Origin: Afipia sp.
GTDB taxonomy: Bacteria > Pseudomonadota > Alphaproteobacteria > Rhizobiales > Xanthobacteraceae
NCBI GenBank assembly: GCA_044464625.1
Contig: JBIQLC010000012.1
Coordinates: forward strand, 252-64,251
DNA: 64,000 nt
Reading direction: 5' to 3'
The notes below the pieces were generated by a model. It ran no database searches, had not been told where the DNA came from, and saw only the letters and a list, made by a program, of their open reading frames with translations. Shown piece after piece: positions 1 through 9,715 of the stretch. The first letter of the stretch is position 1. Each line of letters starts with the position of its first letter. The position numbers and the translations under genes were made by a program.

Positions 1-392
1 ATGTAGACGTCCTGCTCCTTGATGTCCTTGACGGAACGGGCGCCGGTTTCCTCGTCGATATCGAACACGATGAGACGCAGCGTCACCTTGAGCGGTGCGG
101 CGAAGGTCATGCCGCGCTGGCGGCACTCGTCGACATCGTACTTCGGCGGTTCGAATTCGTAGCGGACGAACTCGAGCATCGAGGTGTTCGAGAAGTCCGA
201 GATCGGGAACACCGACCGGAACACCGCCTGCAAGCCTTCGTCGAGACGACCGCCTTCGGGTTCGTCCACCATCAGGAACTGGTCGTAGGATGCCTTCTGA
301 ACCTCAATGAGGTTCGGCATCTCGGCGACTTCCTTGATGTGACCGAAGAACTTGCGAACTCGCTTGCGACCGGTGAACGTCTGCTGCGCCAT
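1..392 (-). CDS. rpoB: DNA-directed RNA polymerase subunit beta, 5' part (runs off window start)
   Basis: ATG at 392 reads [40 protein letters not shown], the alphaproteobacterial RpoB N-terminus; lies downstream of rplL. Not in the ORF track because it is truncated. Confidence 0.97.
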   Translation of the reverse strand, partial: MAQQTFTGRKRVRKFFGHIKEVAEMPNLIEVQKASYDQFLMVDEPEGGRLDEGLQAVFRSVFPISDFSNTSMLEFVRYEFEPPKYDVDECRQRGMTFAAPLKVTLRLIVFDIDEETGARSVKDIKEQDVY

Positions 393-750
393 CGTGGCCT
401 CTCATTTGGCCGCCCTTGACCGGCGGCGTCTTCCGAAGTGCGATGGGCATCGCACCCGGGTTGAATGTCGAAATCGCCCGAGTTCCAAAGAGCTGAATCT
501 CAAGACGCAAAATGACGCGCGGGGCGCTGGTGGGCGCCCTGCCCGTCAAAACAAAACCTACGGACCTCTAAAGCCCGAAATTGCTCGTCTCCCGACGTCC
601 CGCTCCGGATTTGACCCGCGCTCCGGAGCGCGTCCTTTCGTGCCTCCACCGCATATGGGTGGTCTTTGCCACGATTCGAGGTCTGGATTCGTCGAACCGT
701 CACACAATCTTGTGTTCCGGGCCAGCATAACCGGCCCGAAACAAGTCGAC

Positions 751-1134
751 TTACTTGAGTTCGACCTTGGCGCCAGCCTTCTCGAGCTGGGCCTTGATCT
801 TCTCGGCCTCATCCTTGGCAACGCCTTCCTTGAGCGGCTTCGGCGCGCCTTCGACGAGGTCCTTGGCTTCCTTGAGGCCAAGACCAGTGATCGCACGGAC
901 TTCCTTGATGACCTCGATCTTCTTGTCTCCAGCCGCAGCGAGAACGACGGTGAAGTCGGTCTTTTCTTCAGCCGCAGCGGCACCAGCACCACCGCCGGCG
1001 CCCGGAGCAGCAGCAACCGCCACAGCGGCAGCAGCCGAAACGCCCCACTTCTCTTCGAGAAGCTTCGCCAGTTCAGCAGCCTCGAGAACCGTGAGGCTCG
1101 AGAGGTCGTCAACAATCTTCTGCAAATCAGCCAT
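751..1134 (-). CDS. rplL: 50S ribosomal protein L7/L12
   Basis: [22 protein letters not shown]...[27 protein letters not shown]...GAKVELK. Confidence 0.99.
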   Translation of the reverse strand: MADLQKIVDDLSSLTVLEAAELAKLLEEKWGVSAAAAVAVAAAPGAGGGAGAAAAEEKTDFTVVLAAAGDKKIEVIKEVRAITGLGLKEAKDLVEGAPKPLKEGVAKDEAEKIKAQLEKAGAKVELK

Positions 1135-1185
1135 TTTGTCTTTCCTTAGCGTATCAGTTCGAACCAGTTGAGATGGAGAATGGCG

Positions 1186-1704
1186 TCACGCCGCTTCACC
1201 CTTTGAGGCATAGGCCTGAACAACGCGCGCGACCTTCGCCGCAGGAGCGTTGGTGAGCTGGGCGATCTTGGTTGCCGGCGCCACGAGCAGGCCGACAATC
1301 TTGCCGCGCAGTTCATCCAGCGACGGCAGCGAGGCCAGAGCCTTCACGCCATCGGGATTCAGGACAGTCGTTCCCATCGCACCGCCAAGGATGACGAACT
1401 TCTCGTTCGCCTTGGCGAATTCGGTGGCAACTTTCGGCGCCGCGACCGGATCGCTGGAAGTAGCGATCACCGTCGGCCCCTTGAGCAGGGAGCCGATGGA
1501 CGCGACGTCAGTGCCTTCAAGAGCAATTTTGGCGAGACGGTTCTTCGAGACCTTCACAGAGGCGCCCGCCTGCTTCATCTGCGTGCGCAGAGTCTGCATT
1601 TGAGCCACGGTGAGGCCGGAATAGTGCGCGACGACCGCAACGCCCGTGGCCTTGAAGACCCCGTTCAGCGTTTCGACCGCCTGCTTTTTTGCCGCTCTTT
1701 CCAC
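1186..1704 (-). CDS. rplJ: 50S ribosomal protein L10
   Basis: [10 protein letters not shown]...[14 protein letters not shown]...[12 protein letters not shown]...[13 protein letters not shown]; directly upstream of rplL. Confidence 0.98.
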   Translation of the reverse strand: MERAAKKQAVETLNGVFKATGVAVVAHYSGLTVAQMQTLRTQMKQAGASVKVSKNRLAKIALEGTDVASIGSLLKGPTVIATSSDPVAAPKVATEFAKANEKFVILGGAMGTTVLNPDGVKALASLPSLDELRGKIVGLLVAPATKIAQLTNAPAAKVARVVQAYASKGEAA

Positions 1705-1945
1705 AGCAAGCTCTCTCCGGTTGGCGGCCTTGTCAGAACCAAGGCTCAGTCAGGACCGCCGGGTTGCTACAATCGCCGGGCACGGCCTGATCTCGAGACA
1801 TTCCATCTCTCGACACGCCGGGCATGACGACATTTCGGAAGCCTGCCCACTCGCACCGGCGCGCCGAAGACGCATCGAACGAGGTGTCGAGGTTCGAACC
1901 AAATCCGCATGGTCCGCGAACGCGGACAAACGAAATCCGGTTTTC

Positions 1946-2023
1946 ACCCGTCTGTGCAGGCCATACGATTAAGCTATTGAAGAAACGTTCGTTTCGTCGC
2001 CAGCGCCTGCAGTCTCGGACAGG
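1946..2023 (-). promoter_or_regulatory. L10 leader (ribosomal protein autoregulatory RNA)
   Basis: Minus strand CCTGTCCGAGACTGCAGG...GCTTAAT...CCTGCACAGACGGG upstream of rplJ resembles the L10/L12-binding leader; boundaries approximate. Confidence 0.7.
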
Positions 2024-2408
2024 ATCGAAGCCCTCCGGAAACCGGGGGACTTCTGCCCGCTCCGTTACGTCCGCAAGGGTTCCTTTCCTGATCGAACAAT
2101 CCACGTGGACAGTCGATGAGGAATGGTCTCCTATAAGTACGATTTTCGGAAAGCGAGCACAGACGCGCCAGCGACAGCCAGCACGCCCGGAAACGGTTGT
2201 TTAACGGGTCGTCATGGCTTTGCCAAGGGGATTCTGGGTTCCAGAAGCATCTTTCGGGCCAACAAACCCCAACTGGCCGGACTTTTACGTACTCAATTAA
2301 ACCGCCACCTCCAAGCAGGGGCCTAACCGGCTGGAGCGACACGCGATCCTGATTCGCGACTGCCCCTCTGCGGTCCGCGTCTTCGATCCCAAAAAATCTT
2401 CCCCATTC

Positions 2409-2435
2409 TGTCACACGGGCCCACTCCCGCTCGTC
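2409..2435 (+). promoter_or_regulatory. ECF41-type promoter TGTCACA-N16-CGTC
   Basis: Exact TGTCACA (2409-2415), 16-nt spacer, CGTC (2432-2435), 20 nt before ATG 2455; the operon encodes an ECF41 sigma factor. Confidence 0.85.
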
Positions 2436-2454
2436 TAGGCCACGGGAGATCATC

Positions 2455-3366
2455 ATGAAGCGCATCCTTGCCCTGGTTCTTGCGACACTGAACGGACTCA
2501 ACGGCCTCGTCATGTTGTTCGACGGGCCGGGCTGGTACGCCCGCGTCCCCGGCGTGACAGACACCGGCCCTTTCAACCCGCACTTTGTGCAGGACATCGG
2601 GGCCGCTTTCCTGATCGCCAGTCTGGCGCTCGGAATTGGGGCATGGCGGACGCGCTACTGGCCCGCCGCCGTTGCGGGTGCCGGTTTTATCGCCGCTCAC
2701 GGCCTGATCCACCTCGTCGGCGTTCTCATCGGCCACAGCCACATGCCGATATTTGATCTCGTCGCAGTGGTCATCCCGTCGGCCCTTGCCCTTTACGCCG
2801 CCATCCCAAAGGAGATCGCCATGCGTCAGTTCTTGGCCCGCACCATGTTGCGCGCGTTCCGCAAGCGCTACGACTATGACACCAGCTATCTCGACTACAT
2901 GCTCGACAAGGCACCCGACGCCTTCTTCAAGTTCGCGCGAATCAACAAGATCGCGCGCTATCGTCAGGTTGTACCGCCGGAAGCCTATTTCGCGGCCAAG
3001 CTCGTCGGCGCGCTCGCCGAGGATTGCGGGCCGTGCACCCAGCTTGTCGTCGACATGGCGCTTGAGAAGAAGGTTCCCGGCGACCAGATCGAAGCGATCC
3101 TCAACCGGAAAAGCGCCGCGATGAATGACGATACGGTGCTCGCGTTCCGTTTTGCCGACGCCGTGGTGCGGCGATCCGGAGCGGAGGACGAGGCCCGCGA
3201 GGCGGTTCGCGCCCTTTGGGGCGATCGGGGCGTGATCGAGCTGACGCTGGCGCTGCAGATCGGGCGCATGTTCCCGATGCTCAAGGCCGGTCTGGGATTT
3301 GCCCGGGAGTGCCGGCGTGTCACGGTGGGCCAGAACAATGTCGATGTCGTCAAGCAAGCTGCATGA
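2455..3366 (+). CDS. Fusion protein: ~120-aa multi-TM membrane domain plus AhpD/carboxymuconolactone decarboxylase-like domain
   Basis: Hydrophobic N-terminal part (GPFNPHFVQDIG motif) continuous with a domain bearing EDCGPCTQ (CxxC); RBS GGGAG before ATG 2455 and a second RBS AAGGAG before internal ATG 2821. Confidence 0.75.
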   Translation: MKRILALVLATLNGLNGLVMLFDGPGWYARVPGVTDTGPFNPHFVQDIGAAFLIASLALGIGAWRTRYWPAAVAGAGFIAAHGLIHLVGVLIGHSHMPIFDLVAVVIPSALALYAAIPKEIAMRQFLARTMLRAFRKRYDYDTSYLDYMLDKAPDAFFKFARINKIARYRQVVPPEAYFAAKLVGALAEDCGPCTQLVVDMALEKKVPGDQIEAILNRKSAAMNDDTVLAFRFADAVVRRSGAEDEAREAVRALWGDRGVIELTLALQIGRMFPMLKAGLGFARECRRVTVGQNNVDVVKQAA

Positions 3367-4219
3367 ACCCGATCCGCTGGCGCCCTATCGCAGGCGCCTG
3401 CTCGGCCTTGCCTACCGCATGCTCGGCAGCCGCAGCGACGCCGAAGATGTCGTGCAGGACACCTATCTGCGTTTCGCCAATGCGCAGGACGTGCGCGACC
3501 CAGAAGCTTTTCTCGTGACGGTTACCACCCGTCTCTGTCTCGATCGGCTGAAAAGCGCGCGCGCCCAGCGCGAAATCTATGTCGGTCCATGGCTGCCGGA
3601 ACCGATCTGCGACGCACAGAGCCTGTCCGCCGATGCTGCCACCGAACTCGCGGACGATCTGTCGTTTGCGCTGCTGCTGGCTCTCGACCGCCTGACGCCG
3701 GCGGAGCGTGCGGCCTTCCTGCTGCACGATGTGTTCGACACGCCGTTCACCGACATCGCCACGATGCTCGATCGCACAGAGGCCTCATGCCGCCAGCTTG
3801 CGGTGCGCGCACGGCGCGCCGTGCGCGACCAGCGGCCGCCACCGACAACGGCGCCGGACGAACATGCGAAAATGCTCGAAGCTTTCTCCCAGGCTATCAA
3901 CAGCGGCGACGTTTCGCAGCTTACCGCCTTGCTGCGCGCAGATGCGGTCGCCCTTACCGACGGTGGCGGGCGGAAGTCCGCGGCCCGCAACCCGATCTAC
4001 GGCGCCGACAAGGTGGCGCGCTTCTTCATCGGTCTCGCCGGCAAGAAGATCGGGCGCCAGATCCGCGTCGAACCGGCGACGATCAACGGCCTCGCCGGCA
4101 TGCGCATCTATTATGATGGCGAGTTGGACCACACCGTGAGCCTGTCCATCGAGGATGGGCAGATCGCGGCAGTCTATGTGGTGCGCAATCCCGACAAGCT
4201 GCGTTACGTCACCGGATAG
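3338..4219 (+). CDS. sigJ: ECF41-family (SigJ-like) RNA polymerase sigma factor with SnoaL-like C-terminal extension
   Basis: LLGLAYRMLGSRSDAEDVVQD (region 2), YVGPWLPEP linker, DGGG motif, RNPDKL end typical of ECF41; start 3338 or 3344. Confidence 0.9.
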   Translation: MSMSSSKLHEPDPLAPYRRRLLGLAYRMLGSRSDAEDVVQDTYLRFANAQDVRDPEAFLVTVTTRLCLDRLKSARAQREIYVGPWLPEPICDAQSLSADAATELADDLSFALLLALDRLTPAERAAFLLHDVFDTPFTDIATMLDRTEASCRQLAVRARRAVRDQRPPPTTAPDEHAKMLEAFSQAINSGDVSQLTALLRADAVALTDGGGRKSAARNPIYGADKVARFFIGLAGKKIGRQIRVEPATINGLAGMRIYYDGELDHTVSLSIEDGQIAAVYVVRNPDKLRYVTG

Positions 4220-5151
4220 GCCAGCGGCCGACCGGCGAAGAACGCGTCGAGGTTGGCGATGACGCAATCCTGCATCCGGCGGTGGCCATCGAGCGTATGA
4301 CCGCCGATATGCGGCGTCAGAACCACGTTGGGAAACTGGGTCAGCGCATCCGGCGCGTGCGGTTCCTTCTCGTAAACGTCGAGACCAGCACCTGCGATCA
4401 CGTTGTTCTCCAGCGCCGCCACCAGCGCTCTCTGATCGACCACCGAACCGCGCGAAATATTGACCAGCGTACCGTCAGGGCCGAGACGCTTGAGCATATC
4501 CGCATCGATCTTGTGATGGGTATCCGCCCCCGCGCGCACAGCCACCACGAGGACGTCGCACCACTCGGCCAGCGCCTCGAGAGTGGAGAAATAAGCGTAC
4601 AACACATCGTGGCGGCTGCGGCTGAAGTAGCCGACCTCGGTTTCGAATGCGGCGGCACGCACCGCGATCTTGCGGCCGATTTCGCCGAGACCGTAGATGC
4701 CGATCTTGCGGCCGGTCATGCCCGGCGGCGGCGTCATCAATGGCGAGGGCTTTGCAGTCGCCCACGCGCCGCTGCGCAGATAATCGTCGGCAGGCAGCAG
4801 CTTGCGGGTCGCCGCCAGCATCAACGTCATCGCGAGATCGGCGACCGAAGCCGCGTTCGCCGCCGGACTGTTCCCCACCGCGATGCCGCGCGCCCTGGTT
4901 TCGTTGAGGTCGATGCCGTCATAGCCGGTGCCGTAACAGACGATCGCCTTCAGCGAGGGCAGCGTATCGAGTACCGCTCCGGGGATCTTCTGCCCGCCCG
5001 CCGTGATCATGACTTGGATTGGTTTGAGCTCGTCGGCGCTGAACACTTGGATCGGCGGCTTGCCCTTGGCGTCGAGCAGATCGAACCGCTCGCCGATGCG
5101 AACCATCTGGGCCTTGGGAAATCGCGAATAGATCAGGACTTGATGAGGCAT
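4204..5151 (-). CDS. D-isomer-specific 2-hydroxyacid dehydrogenase
   Basis: GIYGLGEIG Rossmann motif, VNISRGSVVD, GAGLDVYEKEP, TPHIGG. Confidence 0.92.
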   Translation of the reverse strand: MPHQVLIYSRFPKAQMVRIGERFDLLDAKGKPPIQVFSADELKPIQVMITAGGQKIPGAVLDTLPSLKAIVCYGTGYDGIDLNETRARGIAVGNSPAANAASVADLAMTLMLAATRKLLPADDYLRSGAWATAKPSPLMTPPPGMTGRKIGIYGLGEIGRKIAVRAAAFETEVGYFSRSRHDVLYAYFSTLEALAEWCDVLVVAVRAGADTHHKIDADMLKRLGPDGTLVNISRGSVVDQRALVAALENNVIAGAGLDVYEKEPHAPDALTQFPNVVLTPHIGGHTLDGHRRMQDCVIANLDAFFAGRPLAYPVT

Positions 5152-5236
5152 GATTCAAGTTCCGCTTTCACTTCAAAGAAAAAGGCGGAGCAGCCGTGGA
5201 CCGCTCCGCCTCTCGAACTTTTACGTCACGCCGGGA

Positions 5237-5929
5237 TCAACCGATGACGCTGCCCGGCTCGACCTTGACGCCCGGGCCCATGGTCGAGGACACCGCGACG
5301 CGCTGGACGTAGGTGCCCTTGGAACCGGCCGGCTTCGCCTTGACGACCGCGTCGGCGAGCGCCTTGACGTTCTCGACCAGCTTGTCTTCCGAGAATGAGG
5401 CCTTGCCGATACCGGCCTGGATGATACCGGCCTTCTCGACGCGGAACTCGACCGAACCGCCCTTGGCGCCCTTGACCGCACCGGCGACGTCCATGGTCAC
5501 CGTGCCGATCTTCGGGTTCGGCATCATGCCGCGCGGACCGAGCACCTTACCGAGGCGACCGACCAGCGGCATCATGTCAGGAGTGGCGATACAGCGATCG
5601 AAATCGATCGTGCCGCCCTGCACCTTCTCGACCAGGTCTTCGGCGCCGACGACGTCAGCACCCGCAGCCTTGGCTTCATCCGCCTTGGCGCCGCGTGCGA
5701 ACACGCCGACGCGCAGAGTGCGGCCGGTGCCGTTCGGCAACGTAACGACGCCACGGACCATCTGGTCGGCGTGACGCGGATCGACGCCGAGATTGATCGC
5801 GACCTCGATGGTCTCGTCGAACTTGGCGGTGGCGCGTTCCTTCACCAGCTTGATCGCGTCGGCGATCGGGTAAAGCTTCTCGCGGTCGATACCCTCGCGG
5901 GCCTTCACAAGCTTCTTGCCAATTGCCAT
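5237..5929 (-). CDS. rplA: 50S ribosomal protein L1
   Basis: MAIGKK...[26 protein letters not shown]...[11 protein letters not shown]...SSTMGPGV; start set at ATG 5929. Confidence 0.99.
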   Translation of the reverse strand: MAIGKKLVKAREGIDREKLYPIADAIKLVKERATAKFDETIEVAINLGVDPRHADQMVRGVVTLPNGTGRTLRVGVFARGAKADEAKAAGADVVGAEDLVEKVQGGTIDFDRCIATPDMMPLVGRLGKVLGPRGMMPNPKIGTVTMDVAGAVKGAKGGSVEFRVEKAGIIQAGIGKASFSEDKLVENVKALADAVVKAKPAGSKGTYVQRVAVSSTMGPGVKVEPGSVIG

Positions 5930-5934
5930 GACCG

Positions 5935-6363
5935 TTACTCCGCGACCTGCAGGCCCATCGAGCGGGCAGAACCCTCGACCATCTTCATGGCCGACTCGAC
6001 GGTATCGCAATTGAGATCCTTCATCTTCTTCTCGGCGATCTCGCGCACCTGCGCCCTGGTCACCTTGCCGGCGACGTCACGGCCCGGCGCCTTGGAGCCG
6101 GACTGGACCTTCGCTGCCTGCTTGAGGAAGTAGGACATCGGCGGCGTCTTCATCTCGAAGGTGAAGGAACGATCCGCATAAATGGTGATCACCACCGGAA
6201 TCGGGGTGTTCTTCTCTTCCTTCTGCGTCTGCGCATTGAACGCCTTGCAGAATTCCATGATGTTGAGGCCGCGCTGACCAAGCGCGGGGCCGATCGGCGG
6301 CGACGGGTTGGCCGCGCCGGCCGGCACCTGAAGCTTCAGGTATCCGGTCACTTTTTTCGCCAT
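5935..6363 (-). CDS. rplK: 50S ribosomal protein L11
   Basis: [44 protein letters not shown]. Confidence 0.99.
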   Translation of the reverse strand: MAKKVTGYLKLQVPAGAANPSPPIGPALGQRGLNIMEFCKAFNAQTQKEEKNTPIPVVITIYADRSFTFEMKTPPMSYFLKQAAKVQSGSKAPGRDVAGKVTRAQVREIAEKKMKDLNCDTVESAMKMVEGSARSMGLQVAE

Positions 6364-6407
6364 GGTTCACTCCTTCAAACGATCCGGACCATTCCGGATC
6401 TTCTTAG

Positions 6408-6468
6408 GGACCGTGGTTCGGTGCGGCGGATGACTGGCGATCATCCGTTCCCTCCCACGGGTCTTCGG
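6408..6468 (-). promoter_or_regulatory. Probable L1-binding leader of rplK-rplA
   Basis: Minus strand CCGTGGGAGG...stem...GCACCGAACCACGG stem-loop with GGGAG internal loop upstream of rplK; boundaries approximate. Confidence 0.5.
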
Positions 6469-6528
6469 AGAAAGCTTTCGCTCCCTCCTCTGTCATCACC
6501 GGCTCGGGCCGATCATGACAAACTCGGG

Positions 6529-7059
6529 TCAGACCTTTTCGACCTGACCGAATTCCAGTTCCACCGGCGTCGCGCGGCCGAAGATCGACACAGCGACCTT
6601 CACACGCGAACGGGCATCGTCGACTTCCTCGACCACGCCGGAGAACGAGGCGAATGGACCATCGGCCACACGCACGTTCTCGCCAACCTCGAACGACACC
6701 GAGGTCTTCGGGCGCTCCACGCCTTCCTGCACCTGATGCAGGATGCGCATCGCCTCGGCTTCCGAGATCGGCATCGGCTTGTTTTCCGCGCCGAGGAAGC
6801 CCGTCACCTTGGGCGTGTTCTTGATAAGATGGAAGGCCTCGTCGGTGAGGTTCATCTTCACCAGCACGTAGCCCGGGAAGAACTTGCGCTCGGCGTCGAC
6901 CTTGCGGCCGCGGCGCACCTCGGTGATCTTTTCGGTCGGAACCAGAACCTGCTCGAACAGATCCTCCAGGCCACGCTGCTTGGCCTGCTCGCGAATCGAT
7001 TCAGAGACCTTCTTCTCGAAATTCGAGTAAGCGTGAACGATATACCAGCGCATGCTCAT
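6529..7059 (-). CDS. nusG: Transcription termination/antitermination factor NusG
   Basis: WYIVHAYSNFE...FFPGYVLV...GPFASFSG...VSIFGRATPVELEFGQV. Confidence 0.99.
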   Translation of the reverse strand: MSMRWYIVHAYSNFEKKVSESIREQAKQRGLEDLFEQVLVPTEKITEVRRGRKVDAERKFFPGYVLVKMNLTDEAFHLIKNTPKVTGFLGAENKPMPISEAEAMRILHQVQEGVERPKTSVSFEVGENVRVADGPFASFSGVVEEVDDARSRVKVAVSIFGRATPVELEFGQVEKV

Positions 7060-7077
7060 GTGTCAGTTCCGCGCCTG

Positions 7078-7272
7078 TCAGCCATTGATGCCGAGAACGA
7101 ACGTCACCAGGATCCGGATCACCTGATCGGCGACAAAAAAGAAAATCGAAGCCAGCGCCACCATCACAAACACCATGATGGTGGTGATCGTGGTTTCCTT
7201 GCGGGTCGGCCACGTGACCTTGGCGGTCTCGGTGCGGACTTCCTGCAGGAATTTGAACGGGCTGAAAGCCAT
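7078..7272 (-). CDS. secE: Preprotein translocase subunit SecE
   Basis: FKFLQEVRTETAKVTWPTRKET followed by one TM helix; upstream of nusG. Confidence 0.97.
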   Translation of the reverse strand: MAFSPFKFLQEVRTETAKVTWPTRKETTITTIMVFVMVALASIFFFVADQVIRILVTFVLGING

Positions 7273-7650
7273 CGTCTGCGATCCGGTCTGGACTAAGAAA
7301 AACGGAATCCGAACAGCCCTCTCGTGCGCCCAACCCTCTTTCGAGGATGAGCCGCCAAGCGGGCTCGATTGTCCGGGGAATTAAGGCCGCGCCGGAAATC
7401 CGCAAGCGGGCCGGCAGCAGGTGCCGTTCTCTACTGCGGGACGCCCCGGAGGTCAAGATCACGGGGCCTGCGGCTTGAAAAACAACCACTTTCTGCCCCG
7501 ACACCCCCTCTCCCGGCCGGTTGGCCGGATCCCGCGCCCAGCCACGGGCGAGAATCCCGCACCGCACGGCAAGACCAAGCGTGAAGCAGCAACAGGACAG
7601 AATGACTGAAGTTCAGGAGTGGGAAACGTCCGGGACGGTGCGGCCATTGC

Positions 7651-7726
7651 TGGCAGGAGTGGCAGGGCTCGAACCTGCGACCCCCGGTTTTGGAGACCGG
7701 TGCTCTACCAATTGAGCTACACTCCT
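7651..7726 (-). tRNA. tRNA-Trp(CCA)
   Basis: AGGAGTGTAGCTCAATTGGTAGAGCACCGGTCTCCAAAACCGGGGGTCGCAGGTTCGAGCCCTGCCACTCCTGCCA, 76 nt, encoded CCA end. Confidence 0.98.
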
Positions 7727-7879
7727 ATCGGTCGCCTCTATAGCGAACAGTTTTCGCCGCGTCACGCCCCCTCATCGCTTTTTTGGCGCGGGGATCCGCG
7801 CCTTGACTTGAGATCGCCGCACTTTCCTAATGGCTTGTCCATGATTGGAGCAGTTTGGCAGGATGGCTGGGAACACGGT

Positions 7880-9574
7880 GTGAAGAATGTCTCTCTTATA
7901 CGCCGGATGTCGCTCACCCAACGCCTGCTTGCTCTCACACTCGCGGCGACCCTGCCCGGCCTGATCGCCCTGATCTACAGCGCCATCGACCTGCGCAACA
8001 CCCGCTACGCCGAAGTGCGCACCGAAGCGCTGCGCAACACCCAGTTCATCGTCTCCGAACTCGACCACATCTTCGACGGTGTCGAAGCCACGCTGCATGC
8101 CGTGTCGCAAGCCGCCGATGTTCGCCAGGGTGATCCGCAAGCCTGCTCGGCCTATATCAGCCGGATTCGCGAGCGGCTGCCGGCATTGACCTCGCTGATC
8201 ATCGTCAATGTCGATGGCACGATCCGCTGCTACAGCGAGGGAACGTCAGACGCCAATTTCGCCGACTGGCCGTACTTCCAGAATGCCCTGAAGAACAAGA
8301 CCTTCTCGATCGGAACCTACACAGCCAGTCGCGTGTCGCGGCTCAATGCCGTCCCCGTCGCCTTGCCGGCGCTCTCGGGCAACTCCGTCGAACTGGTGGT
8401 GATGGCCGCCATCAATCTCGACTGGCTCAATGCCGAAATCAGTCATCGCGGCACCACCCGCGGCGGCACCATCGTCATTGCCGACCGCGACGGCGTGATC
8501 GTTTCGCGCTCGCCCGCTCCTGAAAAATACGTCGGGACCAAGATCACCGATCGCAACGCCCCGCTGGTCAACGCCGCCAAGGCTGGCGTCGTAGACATAA
8601 CCGGCTCGGACGGAACCGAACGGATCGCCGGTTATATTCCCGCTCCGCTGACGCCGTTCGGTTTTTATGTGAGCGCCGGCACATCACGCAGCGAAGCGTT
8701 CAAATCAATTGACCGTGCGCTCTACGCCAGTGTCCTGCTGTTCCTCCTCGGCAGCGGCATCGCGCTGGGTCTGGCCTGGCTGGTTGGCGAAGGCTTCATC
8801 CGCCGGCCGCTGATGCGCGTGGTGGCGACCGCGGAAGCCTGGCGTCAGGGTCACGACACCGCGCGCACCGGCATCGTCAACCGCGACGACGAGATCGGAA
8901 TTCTTGGCCAGACCTTCGACAGACTGATGGACGAGAACGCGGAACGTGAGGAACAGCGCGACATCGCCGAGGCCCGGCGCGAAATCCTCGTCCACGAGCT
9001 GGCGCATCGGGTCAAGAACACGCTGGCGACGGTGCAATCCATCGCCTCGCTCTCTTTCCGTTATAGCCAGGGACCGGAAGCGCTGCGCGGATTTCAGGAC
9101 CGTCTGCAGGCGCTGGTGCGCAGCCATGATCTCCTGACCCACCGGCACTGGGAGCACGCCGATTTTCAGGAGATGGCCGAGGCCGCGCTGGCGCCGGCAC
9201 GCGAGGATCGCGCCCATCGGTTCACCCTGTCCGGACCGCGCGTCAACCTGCCGCCCGGCACGGTGGTGCCAGTGTCGATGATCCTCCACGAACTTTGCAC
9301 CAACTCGCTGAAATACGGCGCTCTATCGAACGACAACGGCCGCATTACGCTGCGCTGGAATGCTGCACCTGCTGAAGGCGGCACCCGGCTCGACATTACC
9401 TGGAGCGAGGAAGGCGGACCGCCGGTGAAGCCTCCCGAACAGGAGGGCTTCGGCACCAAGCTCATCGCCAGCCTCACCTCGCAGATGAATGGCGGCGCCG
9501 AGACCCGCTACCTTCCGGGGGGCATCGTCTGCGAGATGCACCTCATCGCACCGGCCAACGAACCCCGCGATTAG
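7880..9574 (+). CDS. Membrane HWE-family sensor histidine kinase (Cache-like periplasmic domain, HAMP)
   Basis: Two TM segments, HAMP-like NRDDEIGILG, H-box ELAHRVKNTLA, HWE motif, LHELCTNSLKYGAL, WSEEGGPPV, GFG; start GTG 7880 or ATG 7907 (the track's 7619 start overlaps tRNA-Trp). Confidence 0.88.
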   Translation: MKNVSLIRRMSLTQRLLALTLAATLPGLIALIYSAIDLRNTRYAEVRTEALRNTQFIVSELDHIFDGVEATLHAVSQAADVRQGDPQACSAYISRIRERLPALTSLIIVNVDGTIRCYSEGTSDANFADWPYFQNALKNKTFSIGTYTASRVSRLNAVPVALPALSGNSVELVVMAAINLDWLNAEISHRGTTRGGTIVIADRDGVIVSRSPAPEKYVGTKITDRNAPLVNAAKAGVVDITGSDGTERIAGYIPAPLTPFGFYVSAGTSRSEAFKSIDRALYASVLLFLLGSGIALGLAWLVGEGFIRRPLMRVVATAEAWRQGHDTARTGIVNRDDEIGILGQTFDRLMDENAEREEQRDIAEARREILVHELAHRVKNTLATVQSIASLSFRYSQGPEALRGFQDRLQALVRSHDLLTHRHWEHADFQEMAEAALAPAREDRAHRFTLSGPRVNLPPGTVVPVSMILHELCTNSLKYGALSNDNGRITLRWNAAPAEGGTRLDITWSEEGGPPVKPPEQEGFGTKLIASLTSQMNGGAETRYLPGGIVCEMHLIAPANEPRD

Positions 9575-9637
9575 CCTTCTGAGCCCTTCCGGCGGCATCC
9601 TTCGATCATCTTCACAATGTGACCAAAAAGCGGCGTC

Positions 9638-9652
9638 TTAACCGGCCGTTGA
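9638..9652 (+). promoter_or_regulatory. Near-consensus CtrA box (TTAA-N7-TTGA) upstream of MCP
   Basis: TTAA ccggccg TTGA, 64 nt before ATG 9716. Confidence 0.45.
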
Positions 9653-9715
9653 CCGGGTTTGGTTAACAGTCCGACCTCCTATTTTGTCTGATTTGCCGGA
9701 TTTCCAGGAGGGAAG

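Noticed and set aside
7619-7879. N-terminal extension of the HWE kinase ORF in the track
   Set aside because: Overlaps tRNA-Trp antisense; the first TM segment starts after 7880-7907
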